Shown: positions 17,846 to 26,718 of the stretch, one piece after another | How the letters are laid out: every line of letters starts with the position of its first letter | How positions within the stretch are numbered: the stretch's first letter is position 1 | NCBI GenBank assembly: GCA_036501665.1 | Contig: DASXZW010000063.1 | Span: forward strand, 8,214-72,213 | DNA: 64,000 nucleotides | Direction of reading: 5' to 3' | Source of the DNA: Verrucomicrobiia bacterium | GTDB lineage: Bacteria > Verrucomicrobiota > Verrucomicrobiia > Limisphaerales > Palsa-1400 | Translations under genes and position numbers: made by a program | Notes under the pieces: generated by a model | The model's input: the letters and a program-made list of their open reading frames with translations, nothing else | Told to the model about the DNA's origin: nothing | The model's database searches: none

Positions 17846-18838
17846 ATGACAGCCACTCACACTTATGCGGCCGAATCCGCGCGTTCGGCCCGCCCTGAAG
17901 AGGGCGTTTTATCGCGCATCGAGGATTTTAATTTTCCACCGGGCTGGAGTCCCGTCGGCACCGCCGCTTCTCGGGGTCGCAAGTGTTGCGAACTTTTGGA
18001 AGATGGCCGGATCCTGAGTTTCGACGGCGCTCCATTTCCGTTTTCGGCGGAAGACCGCGAATTTCTTTTGTCCCAACGACAAAGCGGTTCGCGCCTGCAC
18101 AAAAACGTTTCCTATCGTCCGAAGCAGAACATCCTCCGCGGCGCGGCAAGCGACGGCGAAGATGTCAACCGCTTGCGCGATGTGATGAAGCGCTATTCCG
18201 AGTCGGTCACCGGCTTTATTCGTCACTTGCTGGTTCCGTATGCGAACCACCTCGATCTCGATTACGCCAGTTTCCGCCCTGAACAGGAGCAGGGCCGCGA
18301 TCTTTCCGTCCACAAGCGGAACGATCTCCTCCACTTCGATTCGTTTCCGACCCGCCCGATGCATGGGCGGCGCATACTCCGGTGCTTCACAAACATCAAT
18401 CCCACGGAGTCGCGCGTTTGGAACACGACGGACGGTTTCCAAACCCTCGCCGAAAAATTTTCATCGCACGTCGGTCTGCCGGCCATTGCCGCCAAAGGGA
18501 GTCCTCGCACGAACCCGCTGATTCGCGGAATCAAGAAAGCTTTCGGACTCAAGGCTGTGGATCATTCAGCCTATGACCGGTTCATGCTCCGCTTTCACGA
18601 TTATTTGAAGGAACACAGCGAATTTCAGCAAACCACCCGCAAAACCCGGATCGAATTCCCGCCCGGCGCAACGTGGCTTTGTTACACCGATTCTGTGCCG
18701 CACGCCGTTTTGTCGGGGCAATTCGCGCTGGAGCAAACGTTTATCATTCCGCTGCAAGCGATGGCGACTCCCCACAAGGCGCCGATTCGCGTGTTGGAAA
18801 AGATCGCCGGGATGCCGCTGGCCGCGCAACCGGCGTAA
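17846..18838 (+). CDS. kdoO: Kdo hydroxylase (KdoO)-like Fe(II)/2-oxoglutarate dioxygenase
   Basis: CCELLEDGRILSF, HKNVSYRP, LLHFDSFPTRPMHGRRILRCFTNINP and PHAVLSG match my recollection of the KdoO family. ATG 17846 is preceded by AGGAAA. Confidence 0.55.
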   Translation: MTATHTYAAESARSARPEEGVLSRIEDFNFPPGWSPVGTAASRGRKCCELLEDGRILSFDGAPFPFSAEDREFLLSQRQSGSRLHKNVSYRPKQNILRGAASDGEDVNRLRDVMKRYSESVTGFIRHLLVPYANHLDLDYASFRPEQEQGRDLSVHKRNDLLHFDSFPTRPMHGRRILRCFTNINPTESRVWNTTDGFQTLAEKFSSHVGLPAIAAKGSPRTNPLIRGIKKAFGLKAVDHSAYDRFMLRFHDYLKEHSEFQQTTRKTRIEFPPGATWLCYTDSVPHAVLSGQFALEQTFIIPLQAMATPHKAPIRVLEKIAGMPLAAQPA

Positions 18839-18881
18839 ATTGCAGCTTGAAACCGCCGCTGACGGGCCTACAATCGCCATC

Positions 18882-19757
18882 ATGAAGAGGATTGCTCTCC
18901 TTCTGGCCCTGCTGGCCTTTGCCGCCGTCCCAGCCCGCGCGCAAATGAACGGGATCACGGCCGAGTTGGAGTTGGCTCAAAACCAATATCTCCCCGACGA
19001 AGACCTGCAATTAAAGGTCAAGATCACGAACCGTTCGGGGCAGCCTGTCACTTTCGGCCAGGTCAGCAACTGGATCACGTTTCACATTGTCGGCGAGCGC
19101 AACTATATCGCGCCCGTGATTTCCGACATGCCGATCACCGGAGAGTTTACAATTGACTCTGGCCAAACCGGATGGTGGAAAGTAAACCCGACGCCGTTTT
19201 TTGATTTTCGGCGCATTGGCCATTATCGAATCAGCGCCACGCTGCGAATCCCGGCTTGGAACAACATTGAGATTACCTGTAAACCGGCAAATTTTACAGT
19301 CGCCAATGGCCTGCCTTTGCACGGGCTGGCAAACCTGCAATTTGGCGTTCCTCCTCCGCCTGGAGTGACGAACGTCGCTCCGGAAATTCGGAGTTACAGC
19401 CTCATCAAGGTCGCCTACCTTCACGAGTTAAGGTTATATTTCCGATTGACAGACAACACGGGCCGCACATTGAGCGTTTTCCCGCTATCCGGCATGTTGT
19501 CCTTCAGCGAGCCGGAGGCCCAAATGGATCGCTACAACAATTTGCACGTCCTCATGCAGACCGGCGCAAGGTCGTTCACTTATTCGGTGGTTACTCCTTA
19601 CGGGGGACTTGCTGAGCGGCAGACGTATGATTACAGCGACACGCGGCCCACGCTTCGCTCTGCCGATGACGGCGGAATTTTTGTAGGCGGCGGTTATCGG
19701 CGTCTTGCGGAGAGCGATGTTCCGCCTCCATCCACCGTTTCTGCCCGGACTCAGTAG
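18882..19757 (+). CDS. secreted hypothetical protein
   Basis: The signal peptide MKRIALLLALLAFAAVPARAQ starts at the internal ATG. No domain was recognised. Confidence 0.6.
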   Translation: MKRIALLLALLAFAAVPARAQMNGITAELELAQNQYLPDEDLQLKVKITNRSGQPVTFGQVSNWITFHIVGERNYIAPVISDMPITGEFTIDSGQTGWWKVNPTPFFDFRRIGHYRISATLRIPAWNNIEITCKPANFTVANGLPLHGLANLQFGVPPPPGVTNVAPEIRSYSLIKVAYLHELRLYFRLTDNTGRTLSVFPLSGMLSFSEPEAQMDRYNNLHVLMQTGARSFTYSVVTPYGGLAERQTYDYSDTRPTLRSADDGGIFVGGGYRRLAESDVPPPSTVSARTQ

Positions 19758-19778
19758 GTTCTCGGAATTTGTCGCCGC

Positions 19779-20330
19779 TCACACAGCTGCGGTCACCGTA
19801 CTGGAGTGGTGGCGCATTTGGGAAATCTTCTTCATCGCGTCCGCCAAATTCGGCAGCACCACGTCGTGATGTCCTTTGCCGATCCACGGCGACGAAATTA
19901 ACAGGGAAGTGCAACCCGCGTTCATGGCGGCCTCAGCGTCCTGCCATTTGTTGCTGATGACGAAGCACTGGTCGAGATTCAAGTGCCACTTGAACGCCGC
20001 TTCCGTCAGCAAACCCGGCTTCGGCCTGCGGCAAGGGCAAAAATCATCCGCGTCGTGCGGACAAACGAGAATATCGTCCAGTGAAAACATTCGCCGCAAC
20101 ACATCGTGCATCCGGTCCATTTCGCGCCGGGACATTTCGCCGCGGGAGAGCGCCGGTTGATTGGTGGTGGCGAGCAGCAGGAATCCGGCGGCCTTGAGTT
20201 GCCGCAACGGTACAATCGCTTCGGGCTTGGGCTGCATTTGCTCCAGCGACAACGGCGGTGATGGATGACGGCCTTCGACGCGGTCGCAGTTCAGAATTCC
20301 GTCCCTCTCAACAAATACAGCGGCTCTCAT
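19779..20330 (-). CDS. HAD-IIIA family hydrolase, GmhB (heptose bisphosphate phosphatase)-like with degenerate catalytic motifs
   Basis: The GmhB-like scaffold is present (TTNQPALS, CPHDADDFCPCRRPKPG). Motif I reads FVERDG rather than DxDG, and motif IV reads ISNKWQD rather than GDxxxD. Confidence 0.7.
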   Translation of the reverse strand: MRAAVFVERDGILNCDRVEGRHPSPPLSLEQMQPKPEAIVPLRQLKAAGFLLLATTNQPALSRGEMSRREMDRMHDVLRRMFSLDDILVCPHDADDFCPCRRPKPGLLTEAAFKWHLNLDQCFVISNKWQDAEAAMNAGCTSLLISSPWIGKGHHDVVLPNLADAMKKISQMRHHSSTVTAAV

Positions 20331-20445
20331 AAATTGACACCGGCTTGCTACTCTTGCTCACATTTCCCGATTGCGCAAAAAAAAAGTTATGCACCGCATT
20401 TATCGCCGCTGAAGATATTTCAGCAAATAAAGAAGAGTTGAAGTT

Positions 20446-22665
20446 TCACGAAGCGTCCATTGACTTTTTAGACTTTCTGGCTTTCCGGGCTGCAAACTTT
20501 CGCTTTATTGCCGCTGCCCGGCGGGACAAAGCCTCCGCTTCGTGGTCGTGATCAGTCGCCCGGAGAGCAAGTGCCAAATTGTTCAGACAAACCGCGATAT
20601 TCGGATGCGGCGGACCGGAACCTTTTTCGTAAATTGCCAAGGCACGGCGAAACATTGGCACTGCTTCGTTCAGCCTGTTGGTGCATCGAAGCAATTCTGC
20701 CAAATTATTAAGGCTCAGGGCGAAAGATGGATGATCCGGCCCGAGACTTTTTTCGTAAATCATAGCGGCGCGCCGCAGCAAAGGTTCCGCTTCATCCGTT
20801 CTGTAGGACGCTTTTAGCAAAGATGCCAGATTGTTAAGGACTCTGGCCACGCTCGGATGTTCTGGTCCAAAACTCTTTTCATCTATCTCCAAAGCCCACC
20901 GAAATAACGGCTCGGCCTCCGAAATGCGATTGGTCGCCATGAGGAGTAGAGCCAGATTGTTAATGCTCGACGCAAGTTTTGGATGGTCCTGGCCAAAACT
21001 TTTTTCGAAAATTGAAGTCGCCCGGCGTATCAATGTTTCAGCCTCTACGAACCGATTTGTGGACTTAAGCAGCATTCCAAGATTGTTCAAGTCCGTGGCA
21101 ACTTTCGGATTGTCTTTGCCATAACTGTCTTCATTTATTGCCAACGCCCGGCGCAGCAACGGTTCGGCTTCTCCGAAACGGTTTAATGTTGTTAAGATGT
21201 TTGCAAGATTATTGAGCCGAAGGGCCACATCGGGATGCTGTGAGCCATGGTGTTGTTCGCCCAATGCCAATGCGCGCCGAATCAAAGACTCCGCCTCCGT
21301 TAGCCGATTTGTGGCCTTCAGCAGAAGCGAAAGATTGCTGAGATCTCTTCCGACGTTCGGATGGTTGGGACCAAAACTTTGTTCGTCAATGGCGAGCGCC
21401 TGACGTTGCAATGCTTCAGCCTCAGCCAGACGATTGGTTGCTTTGAGCAGCGACGCCATATTGTTCAAGCGTGCGGCATAATCAGGATGTTGCGGGCCAA
21501 AGCACTTTTCGGTTATTTCCAATGCCCGGCGCATCAAGGGCTCTGCCTCTGCTAGTCGATTTGTTTGAAGGAACAAAGTCGCCAAATTGTTGACGCGAGT
21601 GCCGGCGATGGGATGTTCCGGGCCAAGATTCTTTTCGTCGATAGCCAACGCTCGGTGCATCAACATCTCTGCTTCGTCGAGGCGGTTTGTGTTTTGGAGC
21701 AGATTGGCCAGATTATTAAGTTTATTGGCGACGTTGGAGTGTTCTGGTCCGTGATGTTGCTCGTCAATAGCCAGAGCCCGGCGCATCAAGGATTCCGCTT
21801 CGTCAAACCGATTAAAATCCTTCAGCAGTAACGCAAGATTGCTCAGGCTTAATGAAATATCCGGATGAGTCGATCCGAAGATTTGTTCTTGTACAGCGAG
21901 CGCCCGGCGCATTAAAGCCTCGGCTTCATCCATGCGGGCTGTAGCTTTAAGCAATTGCGCGAGGTTATTAAGGCGGGCAGCAAGATCAGCTTGCTCGATC
22001 CCGGGAAATCCTTCCTGGATGGCCAGCGATCTGCGCATTAAACGCTCGGCGCGATTCCATTCTGCCAGATGAAGCCAGCGTTCGCCCGTTTGATGCATCA
22101 GCCAGGAGGCGCGAAGATGATTTGTTGCATCCCACAAATCGGCGAGCGCGGTTAGCGGTTCCAGTTCCCAACGCGCTTCAGACCACACCGTTTCTTTTTT
22201 TAATTCGATATGGCGCTGTATGATTAGTTCTTCGAGGACTTCCTGGCTCCAACTTTTATCTGGCTCCGACAAATGCAAAAGCGCGGCTTTCTGCACTGTG
22301 CGACGGGTTCGAGCAATCAATGGTTCCCCGTCAGCGTCAATTACCGAAGTTGGTAGAATCAGTTGCAAGCCGAATAGTCGGCACAGAAGATTTTTCCAGT
22401 GACGCGACCCTGCATGGCTACCCATTTTGGAGAATTTCTTCGAAACAAGAGCGCGCACCCAGGGAAGCGCAATTTGTTCAGGTGAAAGCAATGCGACGAA
22501 ACCTAACGCCAGTTTCTCGGCGTCGTCGAGTTGCTCTAATGTTTGTCTGAGATTTGCCCTCAAACTTATTTCAATTACCAACCGGGAATTCGTCGCTTTC
22601 CATGAATCCAAACTTCCCAAACTGTAACATTTGCAATCGTGGCAAAAGTTGGGTGCATAGATCAA
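20446..22665 (-). CDS. tetratricopeptide repeat protein (kinesin-light-chain-type TPR array); probable 5'-truncated STAND NTPase
   Basis: It carries twelve consecutive 42-aa repeats. The N-terminal 200 aa resemble the winged-helix/linker part of NB-ARC-TPR proteins, but there is no P-loop. Confidence 0.75.
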   Translation of the reverse strand: MIYAPNFCHDCKCYSLGSLDSWKATNSRLVIEISLRANLRQTLEQLDDAEKLALGFVALLSPEQIALPWVRALVSKKFSKMGSHAGSRHWKNLLCRLFGLQLILPTSVIDADGEPLIARTRRTVQKAALLHLSEPDKSWSQEVLEELIIQRHIELKKETVWSEARWELEPLTALADLWDATNHLRASWLMHQTGERWLHLAEWNRAERLMRRSLAIQEGFPGIEQADLAARLNNLAQLLKATARMDEAEALMRRALAVQEQIFGSTHPDISLSLSNLALLLKDFNRFDEAESLMRRALAIDEQHHGPEHSNVANKLNNLANLLQNTNRLDEAEMLMHRALAIDEKNLGPEHPIAGTRVNNLATLFLQTNRLAEAEPLMRRALEITEKCFGPQHPDYAARLNNMASLLKATNRLAEAEALQRQALAIDEQSFGPNHPNVGRDLSNLSLLLKATNRLTEAESLIRRALALGEQHHGSQHPDVALRLNNLANILTTLNRFGEAEPLLRRALAINEDSYGKDNPKVATDLNNLGMLLKSTNRFVEAETLIRRATSIFEKSFGQDHPKLASSINNLALLLMATNRISEAEPLFRWALEIDEKSFGPEHPSVARVLNNLASLLKASYRTDEAEPLLRRAAMIYEKSLGPDHPSFALSLNNLAELLRCTNRLNEAVPMFRRALAIYEKGSGPPHPNIAVCLNNLALALRATDHDHEAEALSRRAAAIKRKFAARKARKSKKSMDAS
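20539..22050 (-). repeat. 12 tandem 126-bp coding repeats (42-aa TPR units)
   Basis: The units have the form AExLxRRALAIxExxxGPxHPxVAxxLNNLAxLLxxTNRxxE and span residues 206-709 of the TPR protein. Confidence 0.85.
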
Positions 22666-22799
22666 GCCTCTTCACTGCCATCCGCCCTGAAAGCCATGAT
22701 CTCCGCCTCTCGTTGTCCGTAAGAAGAGCGGTACTATTTGAACTTTGTTTTAAAACAAAGAAGTTGCGGGAGGGGCAACCCCGTGTTATCGGTTTCCCG

Positions 22800-23216
22800 A
22801 TGGCGGCTCTGACGATTCTCCAAGTTGAAGACGACCCGGACGACGCCTTTTTCTTCCGCAGGGCCTTGAGGAAAAAGAAACTCGATTGCGAATTGCATGT
22901 GGAGAAGAACGGCGAAGGCGCCATTAATTATCTTCGCGCGGCGGCGCCGGAAGCCGGGCCTGATTCGCACCGCATCCCCGATCTCATGTTGCTGGATTTA
23001 AAGTTGCCGGGATTATCCGGTTTTGACGTGTTGTCATGGGCCAGGTCCCAGGCCGCCCTTCAAACTTTGCCGATCATCGTCCTGAGCGGTTCCTCGCTGG
23101 TGGAGGACAAGAAAAAGGCTTCCGGCCTTGGCGCTTCTGAATTCATAGTCAAACATAGCGATTACGACCAGATAGCGGAGAAAGTGGTTGAGTTAATTTC
23201 GATGGTTCGGCGGTGA
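22800..23216 (+). CDS. response regulator (receiver domain only)
   Basis: MAALTILQVEDDPDD...PDLMLLDLKLPGLSGFDVL...PIIVLSGS is a CheY-like receiver domain. The start is taken at the internal ATG 22800. Confidence 0.8.
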   Translation: MAALTILQVEDDPDDAFFFRRALRKKKLDCELHVEKNGEGAINYLRAAAPEAGPDSHRIPDLMLLDLKLPGLSGFDVLSWARSQAALQTLPIIVLSGSSLVEDKKKASGLGASEFIVKHSDYDQIAEKVVELISMVRR

Positions 23217-23305
23217 AACCCCTGTGTTCGTAACGTTCGACTTCAAGTATTCTCAACCTTCTGCGCCGGTGGAAATCATTCGGTGCGTTTTCGGGAAAAT
23301 CCCTT

Positions 23306-23977
23306 ATGATTAAACTGCTCATGGCGTTGTCTCCTGAGATTGAAATGATGCGTGCGTTCGTTTTGACGATCGCCATTCTTTCCGTCGCCATTGGCCTGCC
23401 CAATGTGGCTGTTGCCGAGGCTCACAAAGAATATGAAGTCAAAGCGGGGATGCTGTTCAATCTCACCCATTTCGTGGAATGGCCCCCCGAAGCTTTTGAG
23501 GATGCCGCTTCGCCGATTGTGATTGGCGTCCTGGGCCGTGACCCTTTTGGACACTATCTTGAGAAAGCAATCCAGGGAGAAACCGTCAACGGTCGCCGGA
23601 TCGTGATCAAGCATTTCGCCCGGCCTCAGACCCTGGCGCGGTGTCATATATTATTTATTTGCGCGGATGAAAAACCCAAACTCGATCAGATTTTTCCCAG
23701 GCTCAAGGGCCGTCCTATCTTCACAGTATCCGAAATTGAAAGGTTTTCGTCGCTTCAGGGAGGGATGCTCCTTATCCATGAGAACAATCAAAAGAAAATC
23801 CGATTGCGGCTGAACCTTAAATCCGCGCGTGCCGCCGGTCTCAATGTCAGCTCGAAATTGATTCAAGTCGCCGAACTCGAAAAAACGAGTCTTTTGGTTT
23901 CGCCGCATCCGCAAGCGCGCAAGATTTCGTTTTCGGCGCACAAGCCCTCATTCTTCGGCGCAGGCCACCTTGAATGA
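23306..23977 (+). CDS. YfiR family (DUF4154) periplasmic protein
   Basis: EYEVKAGMLFNLTHFVEWPPEAF...IVIGVLG...CHILFI is the characteristic YfiR/DUF4154 pattern. A signal peptide is present. The ATGA overlap with the downstream kinase suggests coupling. Confidence 0.75.
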   Translation: MIKLLMALSPEIEMMRAFVLTIAILSVAIGLPNVAVAEAHKEYEVKAGMLFNLTHFVEWPPEAFEDAASPIVIGVLGRDPFGHYLEKAIQGETVNGRRIVIKHFARPQTLARCHILFICADEKPKLDQIFPRLKGRPIFTVSEIERFSSLQGGMLLIHENNQKKIRLRLNLKSARAAGLNVSSKLIQVAELEKTSLLVSPHPQARKISFSAHKPSFFGAGHLE

Positions 23978-25452
23978 GTTATCCCGGGCTTAGAAGACGG
24001 TTGCTGGCGGCCATGCTTGTTCCCACCTTCATTGCGCTGCTGCTGGCGTGCGTTACCCTGCTCACTTACGACCTTCTCGACGACAGGCGGACCCTTACGC
24101 GCGACCTCACGACCCTTGCTGATAGCATCGCCGCGAACATCGGGGCGTCTGTTCTTTATGACAGTCAGAAAGTCGCGCAGCAAATGCTCGCGCCCCTCAA
24201 GTCAGCGCACGACGTCGCCAACGCGTGCCTTTACGATGAATTTGGGCACCTTTATTCGACGTATCCAATTGACGCCGCTCCCGGACTTTTTCCGGCAACG
24301 CCCGGCGCTGATGGAATTCACCTCTCGGGAACTTACCTGACCATCTTCCAGCCCGTAATGGAAGACGACGGGCGGGTTGGAACGCTCTTTATTCGACAGG
24401 ATCTCCGCAGCATCAGCAGTAAGTTTGGCATTTACGTCGCTGTGGTGTTGGTGGTCATGTTCGCATCCGCAGTCGTTGCGTGGCTGTTGTCGCGGTTTCT
24501 GCAATTGGGCATCGCCAAACCGATTCTTGACCTCGCTGCTGTGGCGCGCCAGATCTCCGACAAGGGCGACTTTTCCGTCCGCGCTTCAAACACTTCCGCC
24601 GTCGAAGAGTTGGCCCTGTTGAATAAAGCATTCAACGAAATGCTTGAACAAATTCATAGTCGCGACCTTTCTCTGGAACAAGCGCGCCATGACCTCCAGC
24701 GCCACGCGGAGGACCTTGAGTCCCGCGTGGCCGAGCGCACGCATTCTCTGGAAGAAACAACGCGGCAACTTTACGATTTCTGCTATTCCATCGCCCACGA
24801 CCTGAAAGCGCCGATCCGCTCCCAAGCGGGCTACGCGCGGATTCTTGTCAAAGACTTCGCTGAAAAACTTGGAGCCGAAGGCACCGAATTCGCCCAACGC
24901 ATTGCTGATTCCGCCGACCGACAAACCCGGCTGGTTTCCGATTTGTTGACGCACGTCAGTCTTGGCCACAACGAAATGCCGATGGAATCGGTCAGCCTGG
25001 TCATGATCGCTGAGCAGGTTTGTGGCGATCTGCGTCTCGAAATTGAACGGCGCCGCGCAAGTGTCGAACTTTCAGGCATTCAGGGCGCCGTCTTCGCCAA
25101 TCGCGCCTCGCTCAATCTCATCGTCATCAATCTGTTCTCGAACGCGCTGAAATTTGTTCCCCGCGACCGCACACCACATGTCAAAGCATGGACCACTGAG
25201 GGAGGCGGCTTTGTCCGCCTTTGGGTTGAGGACAATGGCATCGGCATTTCTCCCCAACACATCAACAAACTGTTTGCGATCTTTCAACGCCTCCATACCC
25301 GTGAAGAATACGCCGGCACCGGGATCGGACTCGCGATTGTCAAGCGCGCCGCGGAAAAAATGAATGGTCGGGTTGGCGTCGAGTCTGAGGAGGGCAAAGG
25401 CAGCCGCTTTTGGGTCGAACTGAAACAACCGCTCCAAGGAAATTCTGCCTAG
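23974..25452 (+). CDS. sensor histidine kinase (periplasmic sensor, HAMP, HisKA, HATPase)
   Basis: Two TM segments flank a periplasmic domain of about 130 aa. A HAMP domain follows, then the H-box SIAHDLKAPIRS, N-box and the G-box GTGIGLAIV. Confidence 0.85.
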   Translation: MSYPGLRRRLLAAMLVPTFIALLLACVTLLTYDLLDDRRTLTRDLTTLADSIAANIGASVLYDSQKVAQQMLAPLKSAHDVANACLYDEFGHLYSTYPIDAAPGLFPATPGADGIHLSGTYLTIFQPVMEDDGRVGTLFIRQDLRSISSKFGIYVAVVLVVMFASAVVAWLLSRFLQLGIAKPILDLAAVARQISDKGDFSVRASNTSAVEELALLNKAFNEMLEQIHSRDLSLEQARHDLQRHAEDLESRVAERTHSLEETTRQLYDFCYSIAHDLKAPIRSQAGYARILVKDFAEKLGAEGTEFAQRIADSADRQTRLVSDLLTHVSLGHNEMPMESVSLVMIAEQVCGDLRLEIERRRASVELSGIQGAVFANRASLNLIVINLFSNALKFVPRDRTPHVKAWTTEGGGFVRLWVEDNGIGISPQHINKLFAIFQRLHTREEYAGTGIGLAIVKRAAEKMNGRVGVESEEGKGSRFWVELKQPLQGNSA

Positions 25453-25621
25453 CTGCGACTGTTTTGGTCCATTGGCCAACATTCTCCCCAATTTTCCTTG
25501 CCTTGGCAAGGGGATTGGCCGATTAACAGACCCGGTAATGGACGATTACCGCCTTGGCACCCGATTTGCTTCCAAAAGTCGGGCGATTTGCAATGCCAGC
25601 CAGGGCTTGGGAATCGGAACT

Positions 25622-26617
25622 ATGCTGACCTCAAACAAACGAGGCCCAACGGGGGCTTCACGCCCGGTCTTGACCGGGGCGCGCGCGTGGCTTGTCGCCG
25701 CGGCATCTCTCGTTTTTGCTTTGCTTCTGCGCCTTTCTTTCGATTCGTTGTGGAAAGACCGGCTTCCCTATGCCGGCTTTTTCCTGATAGCGCTGTTAGT
25801 GGTGCATTACTTGGAAGTTGCCCCTGCAGTGTTTGTCATTGTCGCTGGATTTTTGCTGGGGTCCTGGTTTTTTGTCGCGCCGCGCCACACATTGCAGATT
25901 GTAAGTCCTGTGGATCGCCTTGATGCGGTCTTCTATTTCGCGATCTGTTTCATCGTTCTTTTTTATACGCGACGCACCCGCCAGGCTTTGGCGCGAGAAC
26001 GGGAGGCCTGGATGACTGTCGGGCGGCTTGCGGCGATTGTTGAATCGTCCGAAGACGCAATCCTTGCCAGGTCTCTTGACGGAACGATTACCAGTTGGAA
26101 TTCCGGCGCGTGCAGCCTCTACGGCTATACGGAAGCCGAGGCGAAGAGCCAGCCCGTGACTTTTCTGACAATGCCGGAAAACGCCTCCGAGATGATGCCA
26201 ATTCTCGAACGAGTGGGCCGCGGCGAACAGATCTGCCACCTGGAAACGACTCAGCGGAGAAAAGACGGCGCGACGGTGGAAGTCTCTTTGAGCGTGTCGC
26301 CGGTGCGCAATGGCGCGGGGGAAATCATAGGGGTGTCAACCATAGCGCGGGACATTAGCGAACAAAAAAGCGCGGAGCGGGAACGGGAACGCCTGCTCGT
26401 TGAATTGCAATGTCTCCTCGGCGAAGTAAAAACTCTCACCGGCCTCCTGCCAATTTGTTCGTATTGCAAAAAAATCCGCGACGACAAAGGTTATTGGAAC
26501 CAGATCGAGCATTACATTGGCAAACATTCAAGGGCCAATTTCACCCACAGCGTCTGCCCGGAATGCGCCAAGCATCAATACGCCCAGTTCCTCGACGAGC
26601 GGCCGAACAGCCTCTGA
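25622..26617 (+). CDS. membrane sensor protein: DUF4118-like TM region, PAS domain, C-terminal Cys4 motif (no kinase domain)
   Basis: The TM bundle resembles KdpD DUF4118. The PAS S-box reads IVESSEDAILARSLDGTITSWNSGACSLYGY. The tail reads LLPICSYCKKIRDDKGYWNQIEHYIGKHSRANFTHSVCPECAKHQY. Confidence 0.75.
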   Translation: MLTSNKRGPTGASRPVLTGARAWLVAAASLVFALLLRLSFDSLWKDRLPYAGFFLIALLVVHYLEVAPAVFVIVAGFLLGSWFFVAPRHTLQIVSPVDRLDAVFYFAICFIVLFYTRRTRQALAREREAWMTVGRLAAIVESSEDAILARSLDGTITSWNSGACSLYGYTEAEAKSQPVTFLTMPENASEMMPILERVGRGEQICHLETTQRRKDGATVEVSLSVSPVRNGAGEIIGVSTIARDISEQKSAERERERLLVELQCLLGEVKTLTGLLPICSYCKKIRDDKGYWNQIEHYIGKHSRANFTHSVCPECAKHQYAQFLDERPNSL

Positions 26618-26718
26618 GTTGAGGATTTGTTTCTCATTTCACGCAGTGGTGCCTTCATTTTGCCACGAAGGTTGTTCGGGTTATGCTTAAGAGCGTAGCT
26701 TGCATACCACGCAAATGT

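Noticed and set aside
20539-22050. A regular 126-bp periodicity that could be mistaken for a repeat array or CRISPR.
   Set aside because: The repeats are in-frame 42-aa TPR units of a single long ORF. There is no repeat-spacer structure.
25472-25621. An N-terminal extension of the PAS sensor ORF.
   Set aside because: The extension overlaps the upstream kinase 3' region and intergenic sequence and lacks features. The start at MLTSNKRG, immediately before the TM region, is more plausible, though it is not proven.
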